Assembly (NCBI RefSeq): GCF_009914755.1
Contig: NC_060948.1
Direction: 5' to 3' (one strand)
Length of the DNA: 64,000 bases
From: the human T2T-CHM13v2.0 reference genome, Homo sapiens
Shown here in pieces: positions 1 to 17,677 of this stretch. A model generated the notes under the pieces. It made no database searches, was not told the DNA's origin, and worked only from the letters and a program-made list of their open reading frames with translations. The position numbers and the translations under genes are program-made. Within the stretch, counting starts at the first letter, position 1. Every line of letters starts with the position of its first letter.

Positions 1-26
1 GAATGAGCTCGTATACTCATCACATT

Positions 27-860
<834 letters not shown>

Positions 861-971
861 CTGGCTGACATTTTCTATGCAGCTTAGAATGGGTGAAAAA
901 TGGCCAGAAGAGAAACTCATTTCCCCAAGGAAAGGAAAGATGGGGGAGAGCTTAGACATTAAAAGTGGGTC

Positions 972-1290
<319 letters not shown>

Positions 1291-1381
1291 TCAATCTATC
1301 CTCAGAGAAAGAGAGAGGGGGGCATGAGTCAGGTGACCAAGTTCCTCTGCATGGGAGAACCTTTCCTAAGGAGGAATTGTC

Positions 1382-1495
1382 TGTCTTAGTCTGTTCTGTG
1401 CTGCTACAACTGACTACCAGGGACTGGGTAATTTATAAGGAACAGAAATGTATTTGCTCATAGTTCTGGAGGCTGGGAAGTCCAAGAACAAGACA
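1382..1495 (-). mobile_element. MaLR LTR fragment (MST/MLT1A-type)
   Basis: tgtcttagtctgttctgtgctgct...gggtaatttataagg...agttctggaggctgggaagtccaaga matches the reverse MaLR terminus. Confidence 0.8.
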
Positions 1496-1649
1496 CACTT
1501 CCTGATGAGTGACAGGAAGGAGTGACCTGAGACCAAGGCTTGTCCTTCTGGTTGTCGGTGACAGCCAGCACCTGGTCCGTGTTGGGGCATCAACCATCAA
1601 GGAAAAGTTCTTGGTGCAGCTCCAACACGCCAGTTCTGATTTCCACGTT

Positions 1650-2290
1650 TCTTTTTACACAGCGGTGCAGAGGAATGAATTATTAGCGTGAGGTGTCTCA
1701 GAGAGAACATGTGGGAACGTTGTAAAAAGAAAACCCTCGTTCCTTTCTTTCTTGAGATATAAATGCAGTCAGATCCGAGGTGCTGGAAACCAGCATTCAT
1801 TTGCAGCCGAATTCTCAGCATCGACTAATGATATTCCGCAAATGGCTGGAGACTTCCAGGAACATGTGTTTCGAATTGCAGAACCATGAAAGAGTTTTGT
1901 TGGCACTCATAAATAATGAATTTTTTTTTTCCTAGACCCTACTGACCAGGCCCACATGTTGGGTCAGGGCGGTCAGCGTGCGGGTGCCCCCGGGTGCTGT
2001 GACTGGTGGCATGGATCAGGGAGAAATGAGAAAGAAAACGGGGAATGAGGGAATGGGACTCTGTGTGTGCAGAAGAGTCTGTTCAATTGTCTTCAGCTAG
2101 TGGCAAAGCAAATGGCATTTATGGGCCTAATTTACGGAGCATACATGGCAGGAAAGGTGAGGTAAATCATCTTAATATTAAGATTTATGTCTTGTGTGCT
2201 AAGGACTAATTTCCATAAGGCATTTACAAAAGCCATCTTGTCCTTGGAGAATGTGGTAAATCGGTTCCTCAACAGGCCTCTGACCCAGCA
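1650..2290. promoter_or_regulatory. Candidate conserved non-coding enhancer A
   Basis: Repeat-free island with TCATAAA (1907), TTTATGG (2118), TAATTTACGG (2128), GTAAATCA = PBX-HOX TGATTTAC on the minus strand (2162-2169) and AGATTTATG (2181). Function is inferred. Confidence 0.45.
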
Positions 2291-2299
2291 GCCTACAAG

Positions 2300-2556
2300 T
2301 ATTTTTTCCCTTATTTTCCCTCTTCTATTTTCTTTCTTTTTCTCTTTCCTCTTCCCTCTCCCCCTTCCCTTCCTTCCTCTCCCTCCCTTCCTTTCTTTGT
2401 TCCTTTCATCCTTCCTTTCCTTCCTTCGTTTTCTCCCTTCCTTTCTTACTTCCTCCCCTCCTTTATTCCATTTTCCTCCCTCAGTTCCTCCCTCCTTCCC
2501 TTCCCTTTTTCCTACCTTCATTCCTCCATTTTCCTTCCTTCCTCCCTCCCTCCTTC

Positions 2557-2605
<49 letters not shown>

Positions 2606-2782
2606 TTCCTTTCTTCCTTCCTTTCTTTTCTTTCTTTCTTTCTTTGTTTGTTTGTTTTCTTTCTTTCTTTCTTTGTTTTCTTTCTTTCCTTCCTTTCTTT
2701 CTTTCTCTTTCTTGCTTTCTTTTTCTTTTTTCTTTCTTTCTTTCTGTCTGTCTCTCTCTCTCTCTCTCTCTTTCTCTCTTTC
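2300..2782 (+). repeat. Polypyrimidine (TTTC/TTCC/CT)n tract
   Basis: Directly visible. Confidence 0.95.
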
Positions 2783-3070
2783 TGTAATCCAGCACTTTGG
2801 GAGGCCAAGGTGGGTGGATCACCTGAGGTCAGGAGTTCGAGACCAGCCTAGCCAACACGGTGAAACCCCATCTTTACTAAATATACAAAATTAGCTGGGC
2901 CTAGCGGCGCATGCCTGTAATCCCAGCTACTTGGGAGGCTGAGGCAGGAGAATCGCCTGAACCCAGAGGCGGAAGTTGCAGTGAGCCGAGATTACCCCAG
3001 TGTACTCCAGCCTGGGCTACAGAGTGAGACTCTGTCTAAAAAAAAAAAAATTAAAATAAAAAATTAAAAA
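2783..3070 (+). mobile_element. AluS, 5'-truncated
   Basis: Begins at tgtaatccagcactttgg; poly-A tail. Confidence 0.9.
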
Positions 3071-3237
3071 GTGCACTTCTTATGAAGAGGTGAGATGCTG
3101 AAGATCATAAAATGGGATGGAGGACGCGTGGATGGGGACGGTTGTATTTTAATCACAGTTCCTTCTGAGTTACTTGAATAGTTTTGCAATGTGTTGCTTT
3201 GAAGAAAATATTACATATACATTTTAACGGATATATG

Positions 3238-4041
<804 letters not shown>

Positions 4042-4074
4042 TCACACGTGCTTAATGACAATTTTACCCTCTGC

Positions 4075-4840
4075 GTTTGCTTCTGCAGTTGTAACAAAGG
4101 ACAACGTTAAAACAACAGGAATTTATTCTCTCCCAGTCCTGGAGACCAGGAGTTTGAGATCAAGGGGTCTCAGGACCATGCTTCCTCTGGAGGCTCTAGG
4201 GGAGGGTCCTTCCTGCCTCTCCCAGCTTCTGGGGGCTCCAGGCATCCCTGGGTTTGTGGCCGCCTCTCTGCAGTCTCTGCCTCCATCTCCACGTGGCCTC
4301 CTCTGTGTCTGTGTCTCCTCTTTGTCTCTTATGGGGTCACCCCTCATTGGATTTAGAGTCCAACTCCAATGCAAGACGATTTCATTTTGAGATCCTTCCC
4401 TTAATCACATCTGCAAAGACCCTATTTCCAAATGAGGTCCTATTCACGGATTCTAAGGTTTAGGACCTGGACATGTCTTTGGGGGATCCCCATTCAACCC
4501 ACTGCAATTTGGTCTGGTTCCTTTTAGAAGCTCTAGGGGAGGATCCTTCCTGCCTCTTCGAGCTCCTGGGGGCTCCAGGTGTCCCTGTGTTTGTGGCCGC
4601 ATCACTCCAGTCTCTGCTTCTGTCTCCACGAGGCCGTCTCCTCTGTGTCTGTGTCTTCCCTGCTGTCTCTTAGAAGGACACCTGTCACTGGGTTTACGGA
4701 CTGCCCAAATATACCAGGATGATCTCTGCATCTGAAGATCTTTCATCTGCAAAGACTTTGCCATATAAGACGGAATTCACAGGTTGCCAGGGTTAGGAAG
4801 TGAACATTTTTGAAGAGGTGGGCCATGCCTTAGCCTACCA
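4075..4840 (-). mobile_element. MLT1B/C-type MaLR LTR, two tandem partial copies
   Basis: gctctagggga...ccttcctgcctc...ctgggggctccagg repeated at about 4190 and 4530; atctgcaaagac motif. Confidence 0.75.
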
Positions 4841-5184
4841 CATCCACCTCTGGTTCATGGTGCCTGTTAGCTCTGTCCACCAGGGATTCCTGGGGAAACT
4901 CAGTCCCCATCTCCATAAATCTCCTGCAGGCTGCTTGTGCAGAAACCCCCTCAGCTCAGCAAGCTGATCAGGTCTGCACTAGGGACTTTTGTCCTACAGC
5001 TCTGAGGAGCTGCTTCAAACACATTCTCACCTCTCTTTGCCTCTTCTCCCTCTGAAGTCTGTATAGTTTTTGTTCCTCAGGTTCCATTCAGGAGAACTTG
5101 GAAGAAACCAAAAATATAAAGACACATAGAGACATGTTTCACCCAAAGGAGCTACACCTTCTCTTCTTTTTTTTAATTTTACTT

Positions 5185-6190
<1,006 letters not shown>

Positions 6191-6499
6191 GAAGTCAACT
6201 TTTTTGTTGATTTACCCCCGATTTCTGACACAGCCTGAGGGAGGACTCTTGGATTTAAGGATGGTTAAATGGTTTTGCTTTTAATGTGTTCCTGGAGTCT
6301 TGGGGAACTGCTCTGCCCTGACATTCTAGGTCCTACCACACGCAGTTTTACACTTCAGTCTCTCTATCTCTGTTTGTGGACATATAATCTACTAATCATA
6401 ACAGTTTTATTTCATCTCTGTCCAATCCATGTCTCTTCTAATTTTATTTTTATCCAGGTGTTAACAAACAGCACAGTGGTTCTTAGAAGTGGTACTAGC

Positions 6500-7000
6500 T
6501 AGGCACCACACCTTGTCATCAATCTACAATGAACAACCTTAAACTCTTCACCATTAAATAGAAAGTGGGCTATAGATTTTTGATATACACTCTTTATCAA
6601 TTGAAGAAAAATTATTTTGTTCCTACTTCTGTAAGAGCTCTTTTTAATTGTGTTTGCATTTTATCAAATGTTTTCCGTGTTCATCTTTGATGTGGTGAAA
6701 TGCATGAGAAAATTGGTGTTGAACTATCCTTGCATTCCTAACATAAACCCAACTTGGGTGTTTTCACCCTACGTATTTGTGGATGTGGTTTGCTCATATC
6801 TTATTGGGAGGATGTGCATTCATGTTTAGAAACCAAGGCTTCCTTGCACTTTGCTTTTCTTATGCTGTCCTTGTTGAGTTGTATGAGAATTACTTTTTAT
6901 TTTCTATACTCTGAAGGAGGGTGTAAGAGTTTGATTATTTTTCTTATGCATTAAGTCATGAATGAAACCATTTGAGCTTGCTGATAAGCCCATCATGTTA
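6500..7000 (-). mobile_element. Highly diverged L1 ORF2-region fragment
   Basis: ttcaccattaaata, ttttatcaaatg and atccttgcattcct...aaacccaacttgg resemble antisense L1M ORF2. Confidence 0.55.
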
Positions 7001-7227
7001 TCTACATCTTTATGCCTCGTGTGGTAACTTATTTGCTTCCCTAGCCTTACAAGGACATTGTGATTGGATATTAAATTTTCTTCTGTTTCTTTTTGGGTGG
7101 GAAAATGTAGCTAGGACAAAAGAGGCCTTGAATCACCTGTAAGATTCTCACAGATTTTGGTCAGGTGGTGTATCAGTTTTTGCTAGATATTTGATGTGTT
7201 TTAAAAGATTTTTTAAAACTACATTTT

Positions 7228-7854
<627 letters not shown>

Positions 7855-8479
7855 CTACTTACATTGTGTTTGTTTCTTTGAGTTTTGAATGGGGGGAGGG
7901 GCAGCAGATGGAAATTTACTGATAGACTCACTCTCTGTAGATGCCTGTTTTGTTCTTTGGCAAATGAGAGCCCTCCAGAGGAGCATACAGGAAAATTAGT
8001 TCATTCAAAATCTGAGAGTGGCTTTTGGAATCTTTTCTTGGCCATCCCCACATGAAAATCCAAATATGAGAATGAGGGACTGTGCCCAGCCTATGTGACG
8101 TTTGGGGAGTATTTTGTAGCACTGGCTGTCTCTCCTCTTTTTAGGGGGTACAAGCCTGGGCCACACCCAGAAAATTGGCCAAACGGAGTCCTGAGAAGAG
8201 ATGCCACCGTCAGAATGAAGGTTATGTTAGAGGGGAAGCCAGCTTACATTTGGGGCACAGCCCTACCCTAATTGGTATATCCCTTCTACATGGTTGAGTT
8301 GGTAGAAAATGGTGCCCTAAATACAAATTTACTTTGCTTCTCTGGGATAAAGGAGGGGGTGAGAAAGGTCTAGTTTCCAGTAGTTGGCCAAAAAAAACCC
8401 ATGAGCTTGAAAAAATAAAATTGTTCTGGACTTAAAAGAGGGCAGAGGGATCATTGGATGAGTGCGTGCAGCAGTGAAA

Positions 8480-8770
8480 GTGAGCATTCCCTGTTATCAG
8501 AGCCACGCTGATTCAATTAAGGAGCAAATCGAGCCTGCAAGAAGAAAGGATCATTTGTTATGCTGTTTACACATTACAGGGTACCCAGGGACTACTTATT
8601 TAGCAGGCATAAAACCAGCAGGCACTATGCATAAACTGTGATGATTGCAGTGTCTCCAAGCAGACAGGGATTAATTGATTTCTAACGGAATCTGCGTGGG
8701 ACTCTTGAGTTTGGCTCTCTGAAGGGGCACCCGTCCCAAGTCCTGCACACATCAGCAAACTAAATCAAAT
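8480..8770. promoter_or_regulatory. Possible small homeodomain/FOX motif island
   Basis: CAATTAA, TGTTTAC, two GCATAAA and ATTAATTGATT in unique sequence. Confidence 0.25.
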
Positions 8771-8820
8771 ACACCTTCCCTACAGCTCATTCAATGCTTT
8801 GAGTTTTAGAACAGGAATGA

Positions 8821-9338
<518 letters not shown>

Positions 9339-9379
9339 AGATAGAGAGAGATAGAGGTAGAGCTAGATAGAGATAGAGC

Positions 9380-9472
9380 AAAAGCCCTCACAGAAACCTT
9401 CAGAATAACATGTCACCATGTATCTGGGTGCCGTGGCCCAGCCAAGTAGGCGCATAAAACAAACAATCCCAC
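9380..9472 (-). mobile_element. MLT2 (ERVL) LTR 5' fragment
   Basis: ccctcacagaaac...atctgggtgccgtggcccagccaagt...cataaaa matches the reverse MLT2 start. Confidence 0.7.
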
Positions 9473-9474
9473 GA

Positions 9475-9958
9475 GGGTTCCTTCCCTCCTCCCTGGATGG
9501 GCTGAGAGCTCCTCCCTCATAAACCAAGGGATCCTCCCTCCTCCCTGGATGGGCTGAGAGCTCCTCCCTCATAAACCAAGGGATCCTTCCCTCCTCCCTG
9601 GATGGACTGAGAGCTCCTCCCTCATAAACCAAGGGATCCTCCCTCCTCCCTGAATGGGCTGAGAGCTCCTCCCTCATAAACCAAGGGATCCTCCCTCCTC
9701 CCTGGATGGGCTGAGAGCTCCTCCCTCATAAACCAACGGATCCTCCCTCCTCCCTGGATGGACTGAGAGCTCCTCCCTCATAAACCAAGGGATCCTCCCT
9801 CCTCCCTGGATGGGCTGAGAGCTCCTCCCTCATAAACCAAGGGATCCTCCATCCTCCCTGGATGGACTAAGAGCTCCTCTCTCATCAACCAAGGGATCCT
9901 CCCTCCTCCCTGGGAGGACCCAGAGCTCCTCCCTCATAAACCAAGGGATCCTCCCTCA
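9475..9958. repeat. 52-bp minisatellite, about 9 copies
   Basis: Unit gggatcctccctcctccctggatgggctgagagctcctccctcataaaccaa; starts at 9528 and 9580. Confidence 0.97.
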
Positions 9959-11169
9959 TGTCCAGAGGGCTCCTCCCTGGCGTGAATTCCATGCCACTGT
10001 TCTCTAGTAATGAAATTCTTCCCTTTGGGGCTCTCATGTCTCTATTTGTAATCCAAGAAAAAAGGTGTCCAAGAAACGTTCCTCCAATTCTGCTTTCTGG
10101 AAGAAACCCACCTCTGGCCTGACCCATCCCGGGCCCATCCTACCAGGCCCTGGACCCTGTGCAATGCCCGGCTATTGGCAGGAGCTCAGGTGGACAGGCA
10201 GAGATCCAGCAGTAACTGTGTATAGGAGTTGGTGCGTGCTCGCCTGATTTTAGGGACGAGTATGTTGCTCAATTGTTACGAGCTCTGGGTTCCCTACTTT
10301 TCTGTCATCCCTCTGTCTTTATGAACAAGGCTGCTTAGGTGAGGAAATGGTATTTGTGTTTTGTCTGATTTCATCTTCCCCTCCTGTGTGCCCGGAACAA
10401 GTCAGAGATAAAGCAAAGCTCTGTAGGAACACTGAAGTTGTTGTATGGTGAGTTCTCATTCCATTTCCCTGGCTGAATTTCCTTGCTATTTTTTTTTCTT
10501 TTCTGGTGAGTCACTGAATTATTTTGTGTTCAACTCCTTGCATCCTTCAGTTTAAAAAACGACTGACTTCTCCCACAAGGGTATTGATGTAGCTGGTTCC
10601 AGCTGATACCCAAATGAGTCAACCTGCCCACTTTCTTTGGAGTCAAGCAGAATAAAAATGCTTCTGACATGTGAATTGCATTTCCCTTGAAATACTCATG
10701 GGCTTAAAAATAAAGAAGAACACAATTTTTTTTTAAATTGGGCTTTGCCAAGACCCAAACGTTTGAAAAACCAGTTGAAGACGTTTTTTGCCAACCCCCA
10801 AACGTCACCCGACGTGACTGCTCCTCTCTGCGTGTTCTGTGTGATCCCGGCTGGAGACTGACCACATTTGAACGCGTCTGTTTAAACAGGCGCTGTGGCT
10901 CCATGTGTGAGGACCCGTCTCCCAGGTCAGTGGGAACGTAAAATACCCAAGCTTCAGCGTCTGCTCATTTTAAAATTTGCAGTTCTTTTGGGGCCAGATT
11001 CACCTGTTTTCGTATTTGTTCAACGTGTATATCATATGGGAATTTCCACTTATTCATCTCAAAGACTTCAAATTCCCTTTTGTTCTGAAAAATCAACTCC
11101 TTGCTGGCAGTTGTCGTTATGAGTGATCCTGGGGTCCACACAAGGCTTGTTTGCACAGAACATTACAGA

Positions 11170-11302
11170 CGGTGAGCATTGGCTCATACCTGTAATCCCA
11201 GCATTTTAGGAGGCTCAGGTGGGAGGATTGTGGGAGCCCAGGAGTTTGACACTAGCCCGGGCAACATAGCGAGACCCAATTTCTATTAAAAAACAAACAA
11301 AA
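11170..11302 (+). mobile_element. FLAM/AluJ left monomer
   Basis: gggaggattg...gagcccaggagttt...gggcaacatagcgagacc. Confidence 0.85.
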
Positions 11303-12150
<848 letters not shown>

Positions 12151-12424
12151 ATTTTAAGAACGTGAGAGCTCCCTGCTTCCTTCCAGTTTCTCTTCAACAG
12201 GACGGTTGAGGCATGTTGACAGTCCAACAAAATAATGCCTCAAAACACATGGAATTACAACACTTTTTTTTTTTTTTAGCAACTGTCTTTAGAAATAGTT
12301 AATGGGTCAAATGAGGTATGCTGGTTTCAGCCATTGCAATAGTTAGCTATGCTGCGTAACAAATGACCCCAATCATAATGGCTTAAAATTGTCATGCTCT
12401 CAGAGGAAATTTAGTTCCTTATGA

Positions 12425-12860
12425 CCCAGTGAAAGAAACCAGTCTGAAAAGGTGACTCCGTCTATGAGTCCAACTATAGGACACTGTGGAAAAAAGCAAA
12501 ACGACAGAAACAGAGGAAGAATCAGGGGCTGCGGGGAGGGAGGGATGAATGGGAGGAGATCAGAGGATTTTTAGGGCAGTCAAATTACTCTGGGTAAAAT
12601 GACAATGGTGGGTCCACGTCATTATACGTTTGTCCAAACGTGCAGAATATACCCCACCAGGAGGGGGCTGTAACGTGAACTGTGAACTGTTGTGATGATT
12701 ACGTGTCCATGGAGGTTCACTGAGTGTAACAAATGCACCAGTCTGGTGGCATATTGATAATGGAGGAGGCTGTGCATGTGTGTGAGGTGGAGGGTAGATG
12801 GAAAAATCTCTCTGCCTTCTTTGTGATGAACCTAAAACTACTAAAAAAATTAAAATATTA
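12425..12860 (+). mobile_element. L1MC-type 3' end
   Basis: gtgaaagaaaccagtctgaaaagg...tgtaacaaatgcacca...gaacctaaaact. Confidence 0.8.
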
Positions 12861-13225
12861 GAAAATGACAACCTATTGGCACATCCTTCTCTTCCGGAGA
12901 CATCAAGATGGTCTTCGTATGGTGGTGGCAAACTTCTGCCTGGGGTCTTCAGTTCCAGGCTAGGGTAGGGTATTGAGGGGCAGTAGTGAGTATCGGTTCT
13001 GAACCAAGCAGCTAGGATGCAATGAACGTCTGGGTAAGAAACTGGAATTGGGGCACCAGGAAGTGAGTTCTGCCAGGTCCGAATGCTTTCCTGGGTTCCC
13101 AAGGACTACTTCCTTCACCCTACGCTTTCTCCAAAGTTGGAGGATAAAGCAGGAAAGCAAGACACCTGGGTATTCTGGGAGCCTACAGGTCTACTATGGA
13201 CTGAATATTGGGTGCCCCCCCAATT

Positions 13226-13838
13226 CTTTTCTTATTATACCTTTAAGTTCTGGAGTACATGTGCAGAACGGGCAGGTTTGTTACATAGGTATACATGTGC
13301 CATGGTGGTTTGCTGCACCCATCAACCTGTCATCTATATTAGGTGTTTCTCCTAATGCTCTCCCTCCCCCAGTTCCCCACCCCCCAACAGGCCCCGGTGT
13401 GTGATGTTCCCCTCCCTGGGTCCATGTGTTCTCATTGTTCAGCTCCCACTTAGGAGTGAGAACATGCGGTGTTTGGTTTTCTGTTCCTGTGTGAGTTTCC
13501 TGAGAATGATGGTTTCCAGCTTCACCCATGTCCCTGCAAAGGACATGAACTCATCCTTTTTTATGGCTGCATAGTATTCCATGGTGTCTATGTGCCACAT
13601 TTTCTTTATCCAGTGTATCATTGATGGACATTTGGGTTGGTTCCAAGTCTTTGCTATTGTGAACAGTGCCACAATAAACATACGTGTGCATGTGTCTTTA
13701 TAGTAGAATGATTTATAATCCTTGGGGTATATACCCAGTGATGGGATGGCTGGGTCAAATGGTATTTCTAGTTATAGATCCTTGAGGAATCACCATACTG
13801 TCTTCCACAATGGTTGAACTAATTTACACTCCCACCAG
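13226..13838 (-). mobile_element. L1PA (PA7/8-like) 3' fragment
   Basis: L1 3'UTR plus ORF2 C-terminal peptide MFIVALFTIAKTWNQPKCPS (ORF 13439-13681). Confidence 0.95.
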
Positions 13839-14002
13839 ATAATTAATATTTTAATATGCCACACCTTCTTAGTATAATATGACAGATGGAACCTCATGTG
13901 ATTAAATAAAGAAGTGGGTTATTTGATTCACTTGACACATTTGATTAACCGAGATTCCACTTACGAGTTTTACTGGCCACACTTTAGTTTTAAGAAGGCT
14001 AA

Positions 14003-14527
<525 letters not shown>

Positions 14528-14899
14528 TAGTGAGAGCAGAGAATGGCTAAAACATCCCCTTTTGGTAGTCTGGTTTGTTTTTTCTGCAGTTTTTTACATT
14601 TCAGGAGAAGTTCTTTTCTGCAAAGAGGTTGGCATACTTCCCTAACGTTGTCTTCTTAATATTACCTTCAAGCCTGCATGGTTTGTACTGAGTAGAGACA
14701 CAGAACTTGCCCACCTGCCAAATTCATGCCGATGTCTCATGGAAGAACCATTTTACTTCATCTGCATCAAGTCCTCCCATAAACCGGATTCCAAAGTCGT
14801 GGAGAAACCCCGTCTCAATCCTAAGGGAGGAAGAAAAACAAATGTAACCAGATGAGGGGTCAGAAAAATACAATTGTGACCTCTGTTTCTTTCTGGGAC

Positions 14900-15412
14900 A
14901 TTTGGACCACGGCCATCAGTCAGATGGCTGAGAGGATTTAAGGATCTAACCTAATCGCCTTCTTCCTCTCTTTTTCTGTCTTTGCAGCTATTAAGGATTT
15001 AGACTTCTTAACCATTTTATCAGAACAATAGCAGGGAAAGACCTGGATGTTTACCAAGCCTGCCATTAGGGGCCAAGTGGCCACTCCCCATCATCATAAT
15101 TTGAACCACCATGTAACAGCCATTCCGCCAAGCAAATAAATTGCTGTAACATGACCTGATTATTTATTACAAGGTCAATATAAGTGAAACAGCCTCACAG
15201 TCATCCATCAGGGAGCAAGCGATCCTCATCACCTTTGCCATGAAGTGGAACTCTGGGTCGCAGAACATGTAACGTCTGTGTTGGCCATCTCCACAGAGAG
15301 AAATTTTCTTTTTAAATTGGAGGAAAGGAATTTTGATCATCGCGGGGCTGTCGCGATGGGGGTGTTTGGAAATGGTATAATTATTGCCTTTAAAAGCTTG
15401 GATCTCATTATC
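14900..15412. promoter_or_regulatory. Candidate conserved non-coding enhancer B
   Basis: Repeat-free; GCAAATAAAT, TGATTATTTATTAC, TATAATTATTG and retained CpGs. Function is inferred. Confidence 0.45.
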
Positions 15413-15421
15413 GTGTGTGTA

Positions 15422-15456
<35 letters not shown>
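15413..15456. repeat. (GT)n microsatellite
   Basis: Visible. Confidence 0.95.
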
Positions 15457-15459
<3 letters not shown>

Positions 15460-15950
15460 TGTAAAATCAACTTGTATTTTTTTTTCCCCTTTGCTGATGG
15501 TCTCTGCTGACATACATTGTAAAGGCGGATAAGAAGGATTTGGGAACAGCTTTTGGTCCAACTTGTGCTAAATGTCAGCTACTTGGGGAAAGAGTGGAGT
15601 TTGTGTAGAGAAAGAGTCGATTTGGGGAAGCCAGCAAGATCCCCAGCAGAACGGTTCATATTATCGTATGACCCTACTTGCTATGGCCGAGCCATCACTA
15701 CCCGGGCTGGAGTGCATTGGTTCTGAATTGTGGGTCTCTGCCACAGCCGTGAGCTTTACCAGGTTCCTACGTGATCTGCCCGCGTCTCTTTTAGAAGGTG
15801 GCGGCAGTGATCGTAACCCACACAATGGAAGTGCCAGGGCAGCCTGGGGGTGACTCCCTGCCCCACACCTGATTATCAACAACAGGACTTGACTCAACCT
15901 ATGACACTGTGAACGTCAGTTTTGGGAAAAGTTCCAACCTGGGGTCACCT

Positions 15951-15990
15951 GCGTGTGTGTGTGTGTGTGTGCGTGTGTGTGTGTGTGTGT
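15951..15990. repeat. (GT)n microsatellite
   Basis: Visible. Confidence 0.95.
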
Positions 15991-16119
15991 CAGGCAAGTG
16001 GGTCCAGTGTCGTAGGTTAATCTGTTTATATCTCTTGTTATAAATTTGAGCAACTTATTTTTAGGCAAAGATATACACGGAGTTTGCTCAATGGGAAAAA
16101 AAAAATCACCAAATGCCAC

Positions 16120-17586
16120 TGAACTATATATAAGAAAATATATATATATTTTTATATATATGTATACACACACACTATGTAGTGATATATTTACATGTTA
16201 TATATTATCTATACATATATAATGTATATATACAGTATATATGTATATATACCAGTATACTGTATATATACAGTATACTGGTATATATACATATATACTA
16301 TATAGTTTCTATATATATTTCTATATATAGTTTCTTATACATAGTCGTTGAATATATATTATATACTATATTATTACATAGTATATTAATGTATCTATAA
16401 TATATAACATGTAAATATATCACTACATAGTTTATTAATGTATATATAATATATACATGTATTATATAATACAAATATATATTATATTAATGTATATAAT
16501 ATATAATGTATATTAATGTATATAATATATAAATGTATTATATAATATATTGATGTATACAATATATAAATACATAATATATTATATAACATATATTATA
16601 TTGTATATTAATGTATACAATATATTAATATAATACTTAATATATTAAGCTACATAATATATAATTATATATTGTATTATAATAATATAATATATTTAGG
16701 TATATAATATATAATATAATATATGTTATAATATATATCATATATTATACATTATATACCTTAAAATAATATACAATCTTTTATATCATATATTATAATA
16801 TATTAACATATAATATATAATATATAAAGCTATACAATATATAATTGTATATGATATATTGTAATAATATTTTAAGCTATATATCATATAATTATATATT
16901 ATACAGCTTTATATATTATATATAAATATATGTACATACTATATAATATATTGTATATACATTAATATACTATATATTATATACTATATAGTATAATAAA
17001 TATATTATATATACATTAGTATACTATATATTATATACTATACATAATATAATATAAATATATTATATACATTAGTATACTATATATTATATACTATACA
17101 TAGTATAATATAAATATATTATATACATTAGTATACTATATATTATATACTATACATAGTATAATATAAATATATTATATATACATTAGTATACTATATA
17201 TTATATACTATACATAGTATAATATAAATATATTATATATATATTAGTATGCTATATATTATATACTATACATAGTATAATATAAATATATTATATATAC
17301 ATTAGTATGCTATATATTATATACTATATATAGTATAATATAAATATATTATATATACATTAGTATACTATATATTATATACTATACATAGTATAATATA
17401 AATATATTATTTATACATTAGTATACTATATATTATATACTATATAGCATAATGGAAATATATTATATATACATTAGTATACTGTATATTATATACTATG
17501 CAGTATAATATAAATATATATACATTAGCATACTATATATTGTATACTATATATATAGTATAATATAAATATATTATATATATAAT
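16120..17586. repeat. AT-rich (TA)n-derived tract with a 56-60-bp tandem sub-array (about 16950-17585)
   Basis: Unit atatattatatacattagtatactatatattatatactatacatagtataatataa. Confidence 0.92.
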
Positions 17587-17677
17587 TTCTTATTCTTGCC
17601 TGCCTAAACATGCTCAGTGATTCTGTGTGGCACATTTAGCTTCCAATGGGTGGTAAGTATATAGCTCTCTCTCCCTT

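Noticed and set aside
10260-11160. Unique segment as a further enhancer or exon
   Set aside because: No clear motif cluster, paired splice sites or recognisable ORF; insufficient support from sequence alone
13439-13681. ORF similar to L1 ORF2p (also 57469-57669 and 17830-18168)
   Set aside because: Short 3' remnants of truncated L1 elements; non-functional
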